The position numbers and the translations under genes are program-made. A stretch of DNA of 64,000 nucleotides from an uncultured Candidatus Binatia bacterium (GTDB lineage Bacteria > Desulfobacterota > Binatia > UBA9968 > JAJDTQ01). How positions within the stretch are numbered: the first letter of the stretch is position 1; each line of letters opens with the position of its first letter. Where the stretch lies: assembly GCA_965261895.1 (NCBI GenBank), contig OZ253480.1, positions 173,276-237,275 on the forward strand. The letters run 5' to 3'. Under the pieces are notes generated by a model. The model searched no databases, was not told the DNA's origin, and saw only the letters and a list, made by a program, of their open reading frames with translations. This document shows, in pieces, positions 34,301-44,272 of this stretch.

Positions 34301-35284
34301 TCATGTTCCCGCGGCCCCCAACGGATAGTGGCATGCATAAAGATGCCCTCGCTCGACTGGCGTACCGGCCGGCGACCGGGTCAGCGCCGGGGTATCCCGA
34401 TTGCATCGCGCCCGGGCGTAGCCACAACGCGGGTGGAAGCGGCACCCGGGCGGCGGTTCTCGCAGATCGAAGATGGTACCGGGGATGCCCTGTAACGGCT
34501 GCCCCCGTTGGGGGATGGAGTTGATGAGCCCGGCCGTGTACGGGTGTTTGGGGGCGGTGAATATCGCATCCGTACTACCCACTTCCATCAACTGGGCTCC
34601 GTAGAGAACCGCTGCTCGCGTGCAAAGCTCCGACACCACGGCTAGATCATGGGAGATAAACAGGAGCGCCAAGTCCAGGTCCCGCTGAAGTTCCCCGAGC
34701 AGGGACAGGATCTGGGCCTGGATCGTAACGTCAACCGCGGTTGTGGGTTCGTCGGCGATCAGCAGTGACGGCCGGCAGGCCAGCGCAGCGGCGATCGTCA
34801 CCCGCTGGCGCATCCCGCCGCTGAATTCGTGCGGGTATTTGTTGTACATTTCCCGGGCGCCGGGCAACTTGACACGCTCGAACATTTCGATGGTCCTGCG
34901 CCGTGCTTCCGCGGAGCCCAAGTGAAGGTGATGGCGATACACTTCCGCCACCTGTTCGCCTACGGTGTAACCCGGATTGAGGCTGGTCATCGGCTCCTGG
35001 AACACCATGCCGATCCTTCGCCCGCGAATGGACTGCATGGCAGACTCGCTCTTGGTCACGAGATCCTCGCCGTCCAGCCAGATGTGGCCGCGCATGATTC
35101 TGGCCGATGGATCGAGCAGGCGCATGATGGACAAAGCCGTCACCGTCTTGCCCGACCCCGATTCCCCCACGAGGCCCAGGGCCTCACCGGCATCGATGGT
35201 AAACGAGACGTCATCCACGGCCCGGAGACTCTCATCTCCAAGGTCGAAGTCCACGGTAAGGTTCTGGACGTCGAGCAGGGCCAT
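34301..35284 (-). CDS. Peptide/nickel ABC transporter ATP-binding protein (DppD/OppD-like)
   Basis: GEALGLVGESGSGKT, FSGGMRQRVTIAAAL, LLIADEPTTAVD, PGCRFHPRC. Confidence 0.9.
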   Translation of the reverse strand: MALLDVQNLTVDFDLGDESLRAVDDVSFTIDAGEALGLVGESGSGKTVTALSIMRLLDPSARIMRGHIWLDGEDLVTKSESAMQSIRGRRIGMVFQEPMTSLNPGYTVGEQVAEVYRHHLHLGSAEARRRTIEMFERVKLPGAREMYNKYPHEFSGGMRQRVTIAAALACRPSLLIADEPTTAVDVTIQAQILSLLGELQRDLDLALLFISHDLAVVSELCTRAAVLYGAQLMEVGSTDAIFTAPKHPYTAGLINSIPQRGQPLQGIPGTIFDLREPPPGCRFHPRCGYARARCNRDTPALTRSPAGTPVERGHLYACHYPLGAAGT

Positions 35285-36198
35285 CAGCGCGCCCCTCGGC
35301 GCCGGGTCCGGGGATCCAGGTGGTCCCGTATGGCATCACCGATCAGCACGAAACTCAGCACGGTCAGCGCCAGGGCCCCGCCGGGGAATATCGCAAGCCA
35401 AGGGGCCTCTTCCAGCCATTGTTGCGCATCGTTCAGCAGACCGCCCCAACTGATGGTGGGCGGCACCAGGCCGAGGCCCAGGAAGCTCAGGGAAGCTTCC
35501 ACGCTGACCGCGCTCGCGAAGTCCAGCGTCACCTGCACGGCCAGGGGCGGAAGCACATTGGGCAGGATGTAGAGGAACAGGATGGCCAGCCGTCCTTCAC
35601 CCACGGCATGCGCGGCCTCGACGTATTCCCTCTCCTTCTGGTCGAGTACGCTGCCGCGCACGATCCGCGCATAGCGCGGGATCGAGCTGAACGCAATGGC
35701 GAACCACAGTGACACGACCGACGGCCCGAGCAGGACGATCAGGACAATCGCCAGGAGTCGGGCCGGGAACGCGATGATCGCGTCCATGAACCTCTGGGTC
35801 ACGTCATCTGCAATGCCCCCGACGTAGCTCGTGACCGCTCCGAGCGGAGCGCCGATGACCAGGGCCAGCAAAGCCGCGCCGATAGCCACCCTGAAACTGA
35901 TGGACGCGCCGGCGGCGACCCGGGCCATCAGGTCTCTTCCGCTTCGGTCCGTGCCCATCCAATGAGACCAACTCGGGCCGGCGAATCTGTTCTTGAGATC
36001 CGGCTGATGGGGGTCGTATGGAATGAGCCGCGGTCCGGCGAACGCCGCGAACAGCATGAGCGCGAGCAGGATCATGCCCACCATGGCGCGCCGGTCACGA
36101 AGGAAGAACGCGGCTACGCGGCGAATCCGCGTCTCTCTGCGCCACGGCGACGCCGTACGCTGTGCACCGGGAGCGACATCCACTGGAGTGGTGTTCAT
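35284..36198 (-). CDS. ABC transporter permease (DppC-like)
   Basis: 304-aa multi-TM ORF (…HWMGTDRSGRDLMARV…). Stop/start overlap with the ATPase gene. Confidence 0.9.
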   Translation of the reverse strand: MNTTPVDVAPGAQRTASPWRRETRIRRVAAFFLRDRRAMVGMILLALMLFAAFAGPRLIPYDPHQPDLKNRFAGPSWSHWMGTDRSGRDLMARVAAGASISFRVAIGAALLALVIGAPLGAVTSYVGGIADDVTQRFMDAIIAFPARLLAIVLIVLLGPSVVSLWFAIAFSSIPRYARIVRGSVLDQKEREYVEAAHAVGEGRLAILFLYILPNVLPPLAVQVTLDFASAVSVEASLSFLGLGLVPPTISWGGLLNDAQQWLEEAPWLAIFPGGALALTVLSFVLIGDAIRDHLDPRTRRRGAR

Positions 36199-36243
36199 CG
36201 ACCCGCCATCGTTGAAAGAAATGCAGCCGTCTCGGACTCCGTG

Positions 36244-37212
36244 CTACGCCGTCGTGTACCGTATCCGCGGGTTCAAGTACGCATAGATCAGGTCCACGAA
36301 GAAATTGACTATCACCACCAGCACCACCATCCAGAGAACAACCGCCTGAATGATCGGAAAGTCGCGGGCGTATATCGCTTCGATCAGCAGGCGGGAGAGG
36401 CCGGGGTAGCTGAAAAGCGTTTCGATGATGGTGGAGCCCCCCAACAAGCGGGCCGTATTCAGGCCCACCACGGTCACCGTGGCTATCAGCGAATTCTTGA
36501 GCACGTGCTTCCAGATCACCAGTTGGCCCGGCAACCCTTTGGCTCGCGCCGTCCGGACATAGTCTTGATGCAGTTGGTCGAGGAAGTCCGTCCGTTGGAA
36601 CCTGAGGATGCTGGCCGCCACGTCGAGTCCCAGCACGGTCGCGGGCAGGATCAGGTGCTTCACGAACCTCAGAAAGTCGTCCTGGGGAGCCACGTAGCCG
36701 ATGGAGGGGAGCCAACCCAGGTAGATGGCGAACACCAGGATCACGATCATGCCGAACCAGAACCCCGGTACGCTGACCCCGAACAGCACGAAGCCGGACG
36801 CCAAGTGATCGACCCAGGTGTCGTTTTTCACGGCCGCCCATACACCGAAGGGTACCGAGATAACGATGGCGATGACCATGGCGGATGTTCCGAGGTATAG
36901 GGTGGCGGGTACTCTGGACAACACGACGTCAATCACCGGAACCCGGAAGACGACGGACTTTCCGAAATCTCCCTGCAACGCATCGCCCAGCCAATAGAGG
37001 TATTGAATCGGTACCGGACGATCCAGGCGAAGCTCCTTAAACATCCGGTCGTAGATCTCGTGGGGCACCGCGGTGACGTCGTCGGCGTAGTAGCCGAGCA
37101 TGCTCAAAACGGGATCACCGGGAATGATGATGATCAGGACGAAGACCGCCACCGTCACGAGCAGGACGGTGGGAATCATCTGGAGAGCGCGGAGAAGCGT
37201 ATAGCGGATCAT
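36244..37212 (-). CDS. ABC transporter permease (DppB-like)
   Basis: MIRYTLLRALQMIPTVLLVTVAVFVLI… …DLIYAYLNPRIRYT. Confidence 0.9.
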   Translation of the reverse strand: MIRYTLLRALQMIPTVLLVTVAVFVLIIIIPGDPVLSMLGYYADDVTAVPHEIYDRMFKELRLDRPVPIQYLYWLGDALQGDFGKSVVFRVPVIDVVLSRVPATLYLGTSAMVIAIVISVPFGVWAAVKNDTWVDHLASGFVLFGVSVPGFWFGMIVILVFAIYLGWLPSIGYVAPQDDFLRFVKHLILPATVLGLDVAASILRFQRTDFLDQLHQDYVRTARAKGLPGQLVIWKHVLKNSLIATVTVVGLNTARLLGGSTIIETLFSYPGLSRLLIEAIYARDFPIIQAVVLWMVVLVVIVNFFVDLIYAYLNPRIRYTTA

Positions 37213-37304
37213 TTGCTTCGTGGGGGCTGCCGCGGCTCTTCACCCGCGGCGGCCCCCACTATCATGACGAACGCAAAGCCGTTACGTTCTCGTGACGAAA
37301 GCCG

Positions 37305-38921
37305 TTACTTTTCGATCCAGGTCCGATGGAGCCCCCCCAGGGCGTTCCGGTACTCCTGGCCGGGTCCACGCTGCCAGTCCTTGACCTTGTCCCGCCAGCC
37401 GAAGTTGCGATTGTTCGACCACCCTATCCCGTACTGCATCATCTCGTCCGCGAACACGAACTTGACGATTTCGCCGTAGATTCTGACTCGTTCGGCGCGG
37501 TCCGAAGCCGTGGGATAGGAGGAGATCAGGGCGTCACGGGCCGGGTCGCAGAATCCCGTGCGCGAACGGCGCACCTTGCCCTTTTCGCACACGTAGTTGA
37601 TCGTCTCTTCCAGCCCCGGTTCACCCCTGAAACGGCCGCTCGACATCAGCAGGCTGAAATCCCCCTTGCCGAGGCGTTCATAGAAGATGGTCGACTCCAC
37701 CGGAGCCATCTTGATATTGAGGCCCGCCTCCGCCGCCTGACGCACGATGGCTTCGCCAAGGGCAACCTCCTGCCCCAGCGTCATGTTGAGCGACAAAGGC
37801 TCACCGTTGTATCCGGCCTCCTTGAGCAACTGGCGCGCGCGCTTGACGTCCCTTTCGTAGGAGGGAAGCTTGGCGGCACCCGAGCGGAGCCAGTCCGAGT
37901 CGGGAGGCACGGCGAGAGGAAGGGGATCACCGACACCGAGGAAGCCCTCCTCGACCGTGGCTTCCCGGTCAAGTGAAAGGATGATGGCTTCCCGGACGCG
38001 CTTGTCGCCGGTCCACTTCGCCTTGGTATTGAAGTAGAGCTGCCGAAAGCCGGCACCCCCGACAGCCCTGGTCTTGATGCCCGTGATCCTGCCCTTCTTC
38101 ACCCTTTCCGCGAACGATGGCCTCAGACGGTCCGCCATGTCCACGTCGCCGGCGCGCAACGCGTTCTGCCGGGCGGCCTTGTTCGTGACGATCCGGAACC
38201 TGAGCCCTTCCAGGTACGGCGCCCCGCCCCAGTAATCATCGAACCGCTTGAATTCCACCGCCGTTCCCGGCGTCCAGTTCACGAACTGGAAGGGGCCGGT
38301 GCCCGGCGGAGGATTGCCTTCGATCACCCCTACCTTGCTGCCCAGCGAGTTCTTCGGAACGATCGTGCCGTTCTGGATGCTGCTGAGCACGTGGGGGAAG
38401 AGCGCCCGCGGTCCCACCATTTGAAACTTGACCGTGTACGGGTCGACGGCCTCCACCTTGGCGATGTTGTCGGACAACACGGTGTTGGCGTAAGCGCCGT
38501 TGGCCGGGTTCAGTATGTAGTTGTAGCACCAGACCCAGTCAGCGGACGTCATTTCGGTTCCATTGTGGAACTTGACGCCACGCCTCAGCCGGAAAGTCCA
38601 CTCGCTGGCGTCGGCGTTGGGTTCCCAGCTCTCCGCCAGGATGCCGTGCAGTTTGCCGGTGAGGTCATACATCGTGACCGGTTCCCACATCATCATCTTG
38701 ATGAACTCGTCGACCGAGGTCACCCGCGTGTACGGATGCTTGGTGTTCATGTCCTTGGAGCTGCCGACGATGAGGGTCCCGCCCTGGCGCTGCTCCCACG
38801 CCTCCGGCTTCGAGGCGGCGGTGCCCGTGACCGGCGTGGCCAGGGCCAACGCGGCGACAGCAACGAGCCATACCCCGAGCAAGCCTACGGAAAAGAAATG
38901 GCTGCGTTTACGAAGATTCAT
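37305..38921 (-). CDS. ABC transporter substrate-binding protein, family 5
   Basis: 538 aa with a signal peptide and an SBP_bac_5-like core (…LAESWEPNADASEWTFRLRRGVKFHNGTEMTSADW…). Confidence 0.9.
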   Translation of the reverse strand: MNLRKRSHFFSVGLLGVWLVAVAALALATPVTGTAASKPEAWEQRQGGTLIVGSSKDMNTKHPYTRVTSVDEFIKMMMWEPVTMYDLTGKLHGILAESWEPNADASEWTFRLRRGVKFHNGTEMTSADWVWCYNYILNPANGAYANTVLSDNIAKVEAVDPYTVKFQMVGPRALFPHVLSSIQNGTIVPKNSLGSKVGVIEGNPPPGTGPFQFVNWTPGTAVEFKRFDDYWGGAPYLEGLRFRIVTNKAARQNALRAGDVDMADRLRPSFAERVKKGRITGIKTRAVGGAGFRQLYFNTKAKWTGDKRVREAIILSLDREATVEEGFLGVGDPLPLAVPPDSDWLRSGAAKLPSYERDVKRARQLLKEAGYNGEPLSLNMTLGQEVALGEAIVRQAAEAGLNIKMAPVESTIFYERLGKGDFSLLMSSGRFRGEPGLEETINYVCEKGKVRRSRTGFCDPARDALISSYPTASDRAERVRIYGEIVKFVFADEMMQYGIGWSNNRNFGWRDKVKDWQRGPGQEYRNALGGLHRTWIEK

Positions 38922-39694
38922 CTTTCACCTCCCTGGTCCGGTAGTCCTTCGACGGTAGCTCGAGCCCGTTTTCGCCCGGCCGTAGCCCCTCCGTCAAGCA
39001 CCAATGTCGCCCCTGTCATGTATCCGGCTTCCGCGGATGCGAGATAGATCACCAGGGAAGCCACGTCATCGATGGTACCGCCGCGACCCACGGGTATGTG
39101 GGCCGTGTTACCGCCGCCTTCGGTCCGATGCTGGATGGAACCCGGGCTGATACAGTTCACCGTAATTCCGAAGGGTCCGGCCTCGAGGGCCAGCACCCTT
39201 GTCAGCATGGCGAGCGCAGCCTTGGTGACCGCGTAGGCTCCACCGCCGACGTACGGGGAAACACCGCTGACCGATCCGATATTCACGATGGTCCCCGCGC
39301 CCTGCTCCTTCATGTGTGGCAAGGCCAGCTTGCTGCAGAGGAAGGCCCCTGTGACGTTTACCCGGAAAGCTTCATTCCAGGCCGTGACGTCCATCTCTTC
39401 AATGGTGGCCGTAGGGTGAATGGCGGCGTTGTTGCACAACAGATCGATCCGGCCGAAGCGCCCAACGGCTGTTTCGATCGCCTTGGCGGAGCCCGCTTCC
39501 GTCCCGATGTCCGCTTCAACCACCACCGTTCGATCCTGGTGATCGTTCAAGGCCGCCACCGCATCCGCGCAGGCGGCCGCGCTCCAGTCCGCCGCCACCA
39601 CCGCCATGCCTTCCTCCGCCAATCGGCGAGCGATACCCAGCCCGATACCACTCGCCCCGCCCGTTACCAATGCGACTCGCTCGCTGCTCTCCAA
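38918..39694 (-). CDS. SDR-family oxidoreductase
   Basis: VALVTGGASGIGLGIARRL (TGxxxGxG), NNAA, YAVTKAAL (YxxxK). 4-nt overlap with the SBP start. Confidence 0.9.
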   Translation of the reverse strand: MESSERVALVTGGASGIGLGIARRLAEEGMAVVAADWSAAACADAVAALNDHQDRTVVVEADIGTEAGSAKAIETAVGRFGRIDLLCNNAAIHPTATIEEMDVTAWNEAFRVNVTGAFLCSKLALPHMKEQGAGTIVNIGSVSGVSPYVGGGAYAVTKAALAMLTRVLALEAGPFGITVNCISPGSIQHRTEGGGNTAHIPVGRGGTIDDVASLVIYLASAEAGYMTGATLVLDGGATAGRKRARATVEGLPDQGGER

Positions 39695-39712
39695 GCTCGT
39701 CCTCCCCGCACG

Positions 39713-40126
39713 TCACCCGGTCTCGTAGGACATGATCTCGATGAGGTTGTCATCGGGATCCCGGATGTACACGCTGGTCGCTCGCCCCCTGCCCCCGGAC
39801 CGGGGTGACGGTCCCGAACGCACGGGTATGTCGTTCTCCTTCAGGAAATCCAGGATGTCCTGCACCGTCCCATCCCACGAAAGACAGAAGTCCATGGACC
39901 CCGGAGCATAGTTGGGAGCTCCCGAGGGGCTCTCGATCTCGTAACGATCGGCCGCATAGAACTTGATGAGCTGCGTGTCGTTTACCCGGAACACGGGCCG
40001 GGCCGACTCCCCTCCCGCCTTGGATTGCCAGCTCTCCTTGAGACCCAACTTGCGGTAGAAGGCAACCGACTCGTCCATGTCCTTGACGATGATGACCCAA
40101 TGATCGATGGCCGAGATGCCCATCAT
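39713..40126 (-). CDS. VOC-family (glyoxalase/bleomycin-resistance/dioxygenase) protein
   Basis: Start MMGISAIDHWVIIVKDMDESVAFYRKLGL… The longer track ORF (to 40267) would overlap the upstream gene. Confidence 0.8.
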   Translation of the reverse strand: MMGISAIDHWVIIVKDMDESVAFYRKLGLKESWQSKAGGESARPVFRVNDTQLIKFYAADRYEIESPSGAPNYAPGSMDFCLSWDGTVQDILDFLKENDIPVRSGPSPRSGGRGRATSVYIRDPDDNLIEIMSYETG

Positions 40127-40155
40127 TGCCTCGTTTTCCGAAATCGCTGAAACCG

Positions 40156-41277
40156 CTATTCCTCGCCGAGATAGAGCTTCATGCCGTTGTCCCGTGTGAC
40201 CTTCCGTACCAGAGCCTCGTCCACTTGTGCGAAGTCTTTCTGCACGGTCTCGTGTGACCGCGGCCACACGGAATCACCATGGGGATAGTCGGAGGCCCAC
40301 AGTGCGTTGTCCACGCCAACGTCCTCCAGGAGCTTTATGCCAATGGGATCTGTCTGAAAGGTCGCGTAGACCTGGCGCCGGTAGTAGTCGGACGGAAGCA
40401 TATCCAGTACTGCCGCGTCACCCCCTCTGCCCTTGTTCATCCGGACCTCGTACTCCCAGTCCATCCGATCGACAACAAAGGGAATCCAGCCGATGGAACT
40501 TTCGCCCAGTACCACCCTGAGCTTTGGGTGGCGATGCAGTATCCCCGACATGACCACCGAAACGAGCACCTCGTCGAGCTGAATCGGCGCCACCGTCGTG
40601 GAAGTGGTCTGGACGCCGCGCCCCGGAGGTTTCTCTCCCTGGGTGCTCCACTGACCGCCGCCGACGTGGAAGGAGACCGGGAGACCGGTATCCTCCGCGG
40701 CGTCCCACAGCGGTTCCCACACTGCGTCCCAGATTTTCTTTTCCGCCATGAACGCCTGGAACTGCACTCCCTTCAATCCAAGTCTCGCGCAGTTGTACAG
40801 CTCATCGATCGCTGCCTCGATGCTATGAGTCGGGACCCACCCCAGTCCGATGAGACGATCGGGTGCGGCACTGCAGAAGTCCGACGTCCATTCGTTGTAG
40901 GCCCGGGTTACCACGGAGTTCAGATCCGGGTCCTTGCCCCCGAAACCTCTCGTGAGTCCCCCGTACAACACCTGCGCTTCCACGCCGTCCCGATCCATAT
41001 CGGCCAAACGGAGCTCGGGCGTCGTGGGACGCCACTTTCCCACTTCGTGTTCCACTGGCGTGCCCCAATGCCCGAACGTAGTTGTGACCACCCCATTCTT
41101 TTGTTGCGGGGACCCCAATAGGGCACCATCCATCTCCCAGTGCAAATCCGTTGCGGTCTCGACAAGGCGCGGAGCGCGGTCACGATACGCGGCCGGAACC
41201 CGTTTCTGCCAAAGGTCTCCGGGAAGGAATGGGAGGTCTACATGGTCATCCGAAGAGAACATCTTCCAATCAGGCAT
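40156..41277 (-). CDS. Amidohydrolase_2 (ACMSD-like metal-dependent hydrolase/decarboxylase) family protein
   Basis: SSDDHVDLP near the N-terminus, …FHVGGG…, …WASDYPHGDSVWP near the C-terminus, as in the amidohydrolase-2 family. Confidence 0.8.
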   Translation of the reverse strand: MPDWKMFSSDDHVDLPFLPGDLWQKRVPAAYRDRAPRLVETATDLHWEMDGALLGSPQQKNGVVTTTFGHWGTPVEHEVGKWRPTTPELRLADMDRDGVEAQVLYGGLTRGFGGKDPDLNSVVTRAYNEWTSDFCSAAPDRLIGLGWVPTHSIEAAIDELYNCARLGLKGVQFQAFMAEKKIWDAVWEPLWDAAEDTGLPVSFHVGGGQWSTQGEKPPGRGVQTTSTTVAPIQLDEVLVSVVMSGILHRHPKLRVVLGESSIGWIPFVVDRMDWEYEVRMNKGRGGDAAVLDMLPSDYYRRQVYATFQTDPIGIKLLEDVGVDNALWASDYPHGDSVWPRSHETVQKDFAQVDEALVRKVTRDNGMKLYLGEE

Positions 41278-41331
41278 TCCGATTCTCCCTGGTCCTGCGC
41301 ATCTTGCTATCGATTTGTATGTTACGGGCCA

Positions 41332-42507
41332 CTAGATCCAACGTTCCGCATCAAGCGCGGGACGATCCGGATACTCCGCTGCCATGGCCGTGACGCTGGG
41401 GTGCCCCATGACGCCCAGCCGATCTCCATCGTGCAGGACCTTCCCGTCCACCTTCAGAGTGGAGCCTCGGAGTTCCGGCGCCGCGTGGAGACAGTAGGGG
41501 AAATCATCGTTGTACCGGTGGTTGCCCAAGTGCAGGTGAATGCTGGAGGGGTGAAAGGAATGGAGGAACTCGCGGTATTCTTCGTTGGGACACAGCGTGG
41601 GACGAATCCGGGCCGCCGGGTGAATGCCGCCGTGTGGCGCGCGCATCTCGTAAGCGTGATCCTCTCCCAGCACTTTCGCGAGCTCGACGTAAAACGCCTG
41701 GAGTATCCCGGCCTCCGCACCGCCCTCGAATTTGACGATGTGGTTCTCTTGAATCGTGACGGTCACGGGACGGTCAAAACTCGGAGGGACCCCGATATCC
41801 CGAGCCCATGCGGGCAGCATCCGGTCGAACACGAGCTCACCCTGCATGTCGACGGGGTTGATGGCGGGATAGATGCCCTCGGGGAAGGAACCCCTGCGGC
41901 CGCGCGGCGCCGTATAGCTGCCCCAATTCGACGTTGCCGGCCCTACGGTGCCTTCCAGATGAGTTCCGTTGGGGTTGGTCAACTCCCAGCGAGCCCCCGC
42001 ATGGATCAGCTCCGCGGTACGCAAACGCAACTCGGTTACCAACGCATGCGGCGTACGCGCCCAGGCTGTTGAAAGAAGGCCGGCCGTCGTGGCCATGTTG
42101 CGTACGAAGGCGACCTTGGTTTCGGCCAGAAGCTCCGGCCATTCCTTCAGTTCTTCCTCGGTGGAGAAATCCAGCACATGGCTGATGAGCATGTCCGCGC
42201 CGCGCATCACCGATTTCACGGGGTCGGGGATACGCCACACTGTTTCACGGGTAGGGATGTCCGGCCAAACCACAGTACGGCGCACGGGAAGGTCCACCCA
42301 CATCACCGTGGCGTACGCGCCACGGGCCTGAACGCCCTGCTGGATCCAGCCGATGGCGGTTTCATCGACGACGTTGGTTCCGCCGTAGAGGCCATCCACG
42401 GCCGCGAGAATCACGACATGCTGATCACGCTGTACGGCTGCACAATCATCCAGAAGGTTGTCGACGGCCTGGGCTGCTGCGCGGGGAATGGGTTGAGTCG
42501 CTCCCAT
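41332..42507 (-). CDS. Hypothetical enzyme, tentatively M29 aminopeptidase/NicX-like fold
   Basis: 391-aa ORF with good coding character. His-rich C-terminal blocks (APHGGIHPAA, SSIHLHLGNHRY) remind me of the aminopeptidase-T/2,5-dihydroxypyridine-dioxygenase family. The functional call is weak. Confidence 0.5.
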   Translation of the reverse strand: MGATQPIPRAAAQAVDNLLDDCAAVQRDQHVVILAAVDGLYGGTNVVDETAIGWIQQGVQARGAYATVMWVDLPVRRTVVWPDIPTRETVWRIPDPVKSVMRGADMLISHVLDFSTEEELKEWPELLAETKVAFVRNMATTAGLLSTAWARTPHALVTELRLRTAELIHAGARWELTNPNGTHLEGTVGPATSNWGSYTAPRGRRGSFPEGIYPAINPVDMQGELVFDRMLPAWARDIGVPPSFDRPVTVTIQENHIVKFEGGAEAGILQAFYVELAKVLGEDHAYEMRAPHGGIHPAARIRPTLCPNEEYREFLHSFHPSSIHLHLGNHRYNDDFPYCLHAAPELRGSTLKVDGKVLHDGDRLGVMGHPSVTAMAAEYPDRPALDAERWI

Positions 42508-42685
42508 GATTCGTCCCTTTCATGCCGTTGTGACAACGAATACGTGTACCCTAATGAAAGGATCCGTTTGAGCTTCATCGACCAAGCCGGTTAGTCGATG
42601 GACCCCTATCACAGCCCGACAATCGAATACAACCTGCATCCAACAACAGGAAAGCCTCCATCCCGCCGCGCCAGGATAGTGTTTT

Positions 42686-44272
42686 CCAATACGGAGATGA
42701 GCCTGAAGGGAGGTAGGGAAAGGGAGTAGGGCCTAGCCTGATTCAGGGGGTTGAAATTTTGGGTGTTATGGTAGTTGGAGGTGGCGGATGAAGCAAGGGG
42801 AGGATGGTACCGTCACGGGATTGTGAGGTAGCGGGGGAGGGAGGATGGGGGATTTGGAGGATGGCGGAGGGGCGACGGCGGAGCGTCGCCCCTTGATGAC
42901 GGAGAGAGAGGGGGGGGAGGGGGTTCAGGCGGCGGCGGGAGCGGCTGGGTGGTCGATGAGGTGGAACAGTTGGTCGCGGGCGTCACTGACGGCCTTAGCG
43001 GCGTCGAGGTCTGAGCTGGCATAGGCTAGGGCGTCGAGTTTTGCGAAGGTGAGGTGGGGTTTGAGATAGTGGGAGGCGTTGGGCAGAGACTTGAGCTTTT
43101 CGTAGGGGGTGGTGACGTCGTGGTCCGGGTAGCGTTTTTTGATGCGGCCTTTGGGGTCGATGTGATCGACGGGGAAGAGGCAGGGGCGGTGGTAGTTCAA
43201 GAACGGGGAGAGGAGGTCTTGGGTGAAGTGGTTGACCTCGCGGGCGAAGCGCTTGGGGATGTGAGCGTAGCCCATGTATTTGCGCAGGACAGCGGCGTTT
43301 TTACCTTCGACCAAGGCATTGTCGTTGGAATGGCGGGGCCGGGACTTGGTGAACTGGCCGATGTGGAGCTTGTTGAGGAGGTTGGCGGTCTGGTGGTTGA
43401 TGTATTCGGAGCCGTTGTCTGAGTGAAAGCCATGGACGGAGAAGGGATAGGCTGAGAGGAGGGCTTGGAGGACGGGGAGCAGGAAGCGCTCGGAGATGGC
43501 CTCGACGGTGCCCACGTGCTGCCATTGAGTCACTTGGTCCACGATGTTGATGTGGTACAGGCCCTTGCTGCCGTCGCGGTCGCCTTGATGGACGGTGTCG
43601 ACACGCAGGAAGCCCGGGCGACCGTTGGGATCGGGCTTACGACGCTCGCCGATGGCCACTCGGGTAGGCTGGGTCTTGGTGAAGGTGGAGCGCCGGCACT
43701 GGTAGGTCTGGGACTGACGCAGGTTGTAGAGATGGCCGTTGGACAAGCGCGCCAGACGCTCGAAGCTCTCCTCCCCAAAGACCTCGAACTGGCGACGCAT
43801 GACGGCTCGTGTAGCCGGCCCCGACATCTGGCCCAGGGTGGCATCCACCTGTGCCAAGAGCCGAATGTCGGCGGCCGTGTAGCGGCGCTCGAAGGGCTTG
43901 ACCGGCGGCCTGCCCCGACGATCCTCCACCCGCCCGGTGTCCCGATGCTGGCGGATCAGCCGCGTCAATTGCGCCCTGGAAAGCCCCGTCATCTTGGCCA
44001 AGTAGGCCTTTACCCTGCCCTTGTCCGCCTTGCTCAGGCTGTGGTAGCGGAACTGCACTAGCGTACGCCGTGTGAATGCGTAGGCCGATTCCCGATCCAC
44101 ATGCTCGAAGTCTACTGCCTCGTTGCCCTCAACAAAGACGCCGACCTGCTCCAACGTCTGAAGCCGTTCCGTCTGCAATGTCACGATCATCCTCCCATCT
44201 TCCCTGATTTGCAGACCTCAGGCTCATCTCTCGTTGGATTCCTTACCTCCCCTCAGGCTCACTTCTCATTGG
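42686..44272 (-). mobile_element. Insertion sequence with rve-type DDE transposase (ISNCY-like), ~1.59 kb
   Basis: Imperfect terminal IRs: CCAATACGGAGATGAGCCTGAAGGGAGGTAGGGAA (42686-) versus the reverse complement of TTCCTTACCTCCCCTCAGGCTCACTTCTCATTGG (-44272). No clear target duplication seen, so the ends are approximate. Confidence 0.65.
42925..44190 (-). CDS. DDE (integrase-core/rve) transposase, 421 aa
   Basis: …FLRVDTVHQGDRDGSKGLYHINIVDQVTQWQHVG…GFHSDNGSEYINHQTANLLNKLHIGQFTKSRPRHSNDNALVEGKNAAVLRK… The D, D and E spacing is typical of rve transposases. Confidence 0.85.
   Translation of the reverse strand: MIVTLQTERLQTLEQVGVFVEGNEAVDFEHVDRESAYAFTRRTLVQFRYHSLSKADKGRVKAYLAKMTGLSRAQLTRLIRQHRDTGRVEDRRGRPPVKPFERRYTAADIRLLAQVDATLGQMSGPATRAVMRRQFEVFGEESFERLARLSNGHLYNLRQSQTYQCRRSTFTKTQPTRVAIGERRKPDPNGRPGFLRVDTVHQGDRDGSKGLYHINIVDQVTQWQHVGTVEAISERFLLPVLQALLSAYPFSVHGFHSDNGSEYINHQTANLLNKLHIGQFTKSRPRHSNDNALVEGKNAAVLRKYMGYAHIPKRFAREVNHFTQDLLSPFLNYHRPCLFPVDHIDPKGRIKKRYPDHDVTTPYEKLKSLPNASHYLKPHLTFAKLDALAYASSDLDAAKAVSDARDQLFHLIDHPAAPAAA

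Noticed and set aside
42813-43022. Proline-rich 69-aa ORF overlapping the transposase 3' end and the IS subterminal region.
   Set aside because: It is the antisense reading of the G-rich subterminal repeat tract. It is low-complexity PPPP/SS sequence without start context, and partly overlaps the real transposase CDS.
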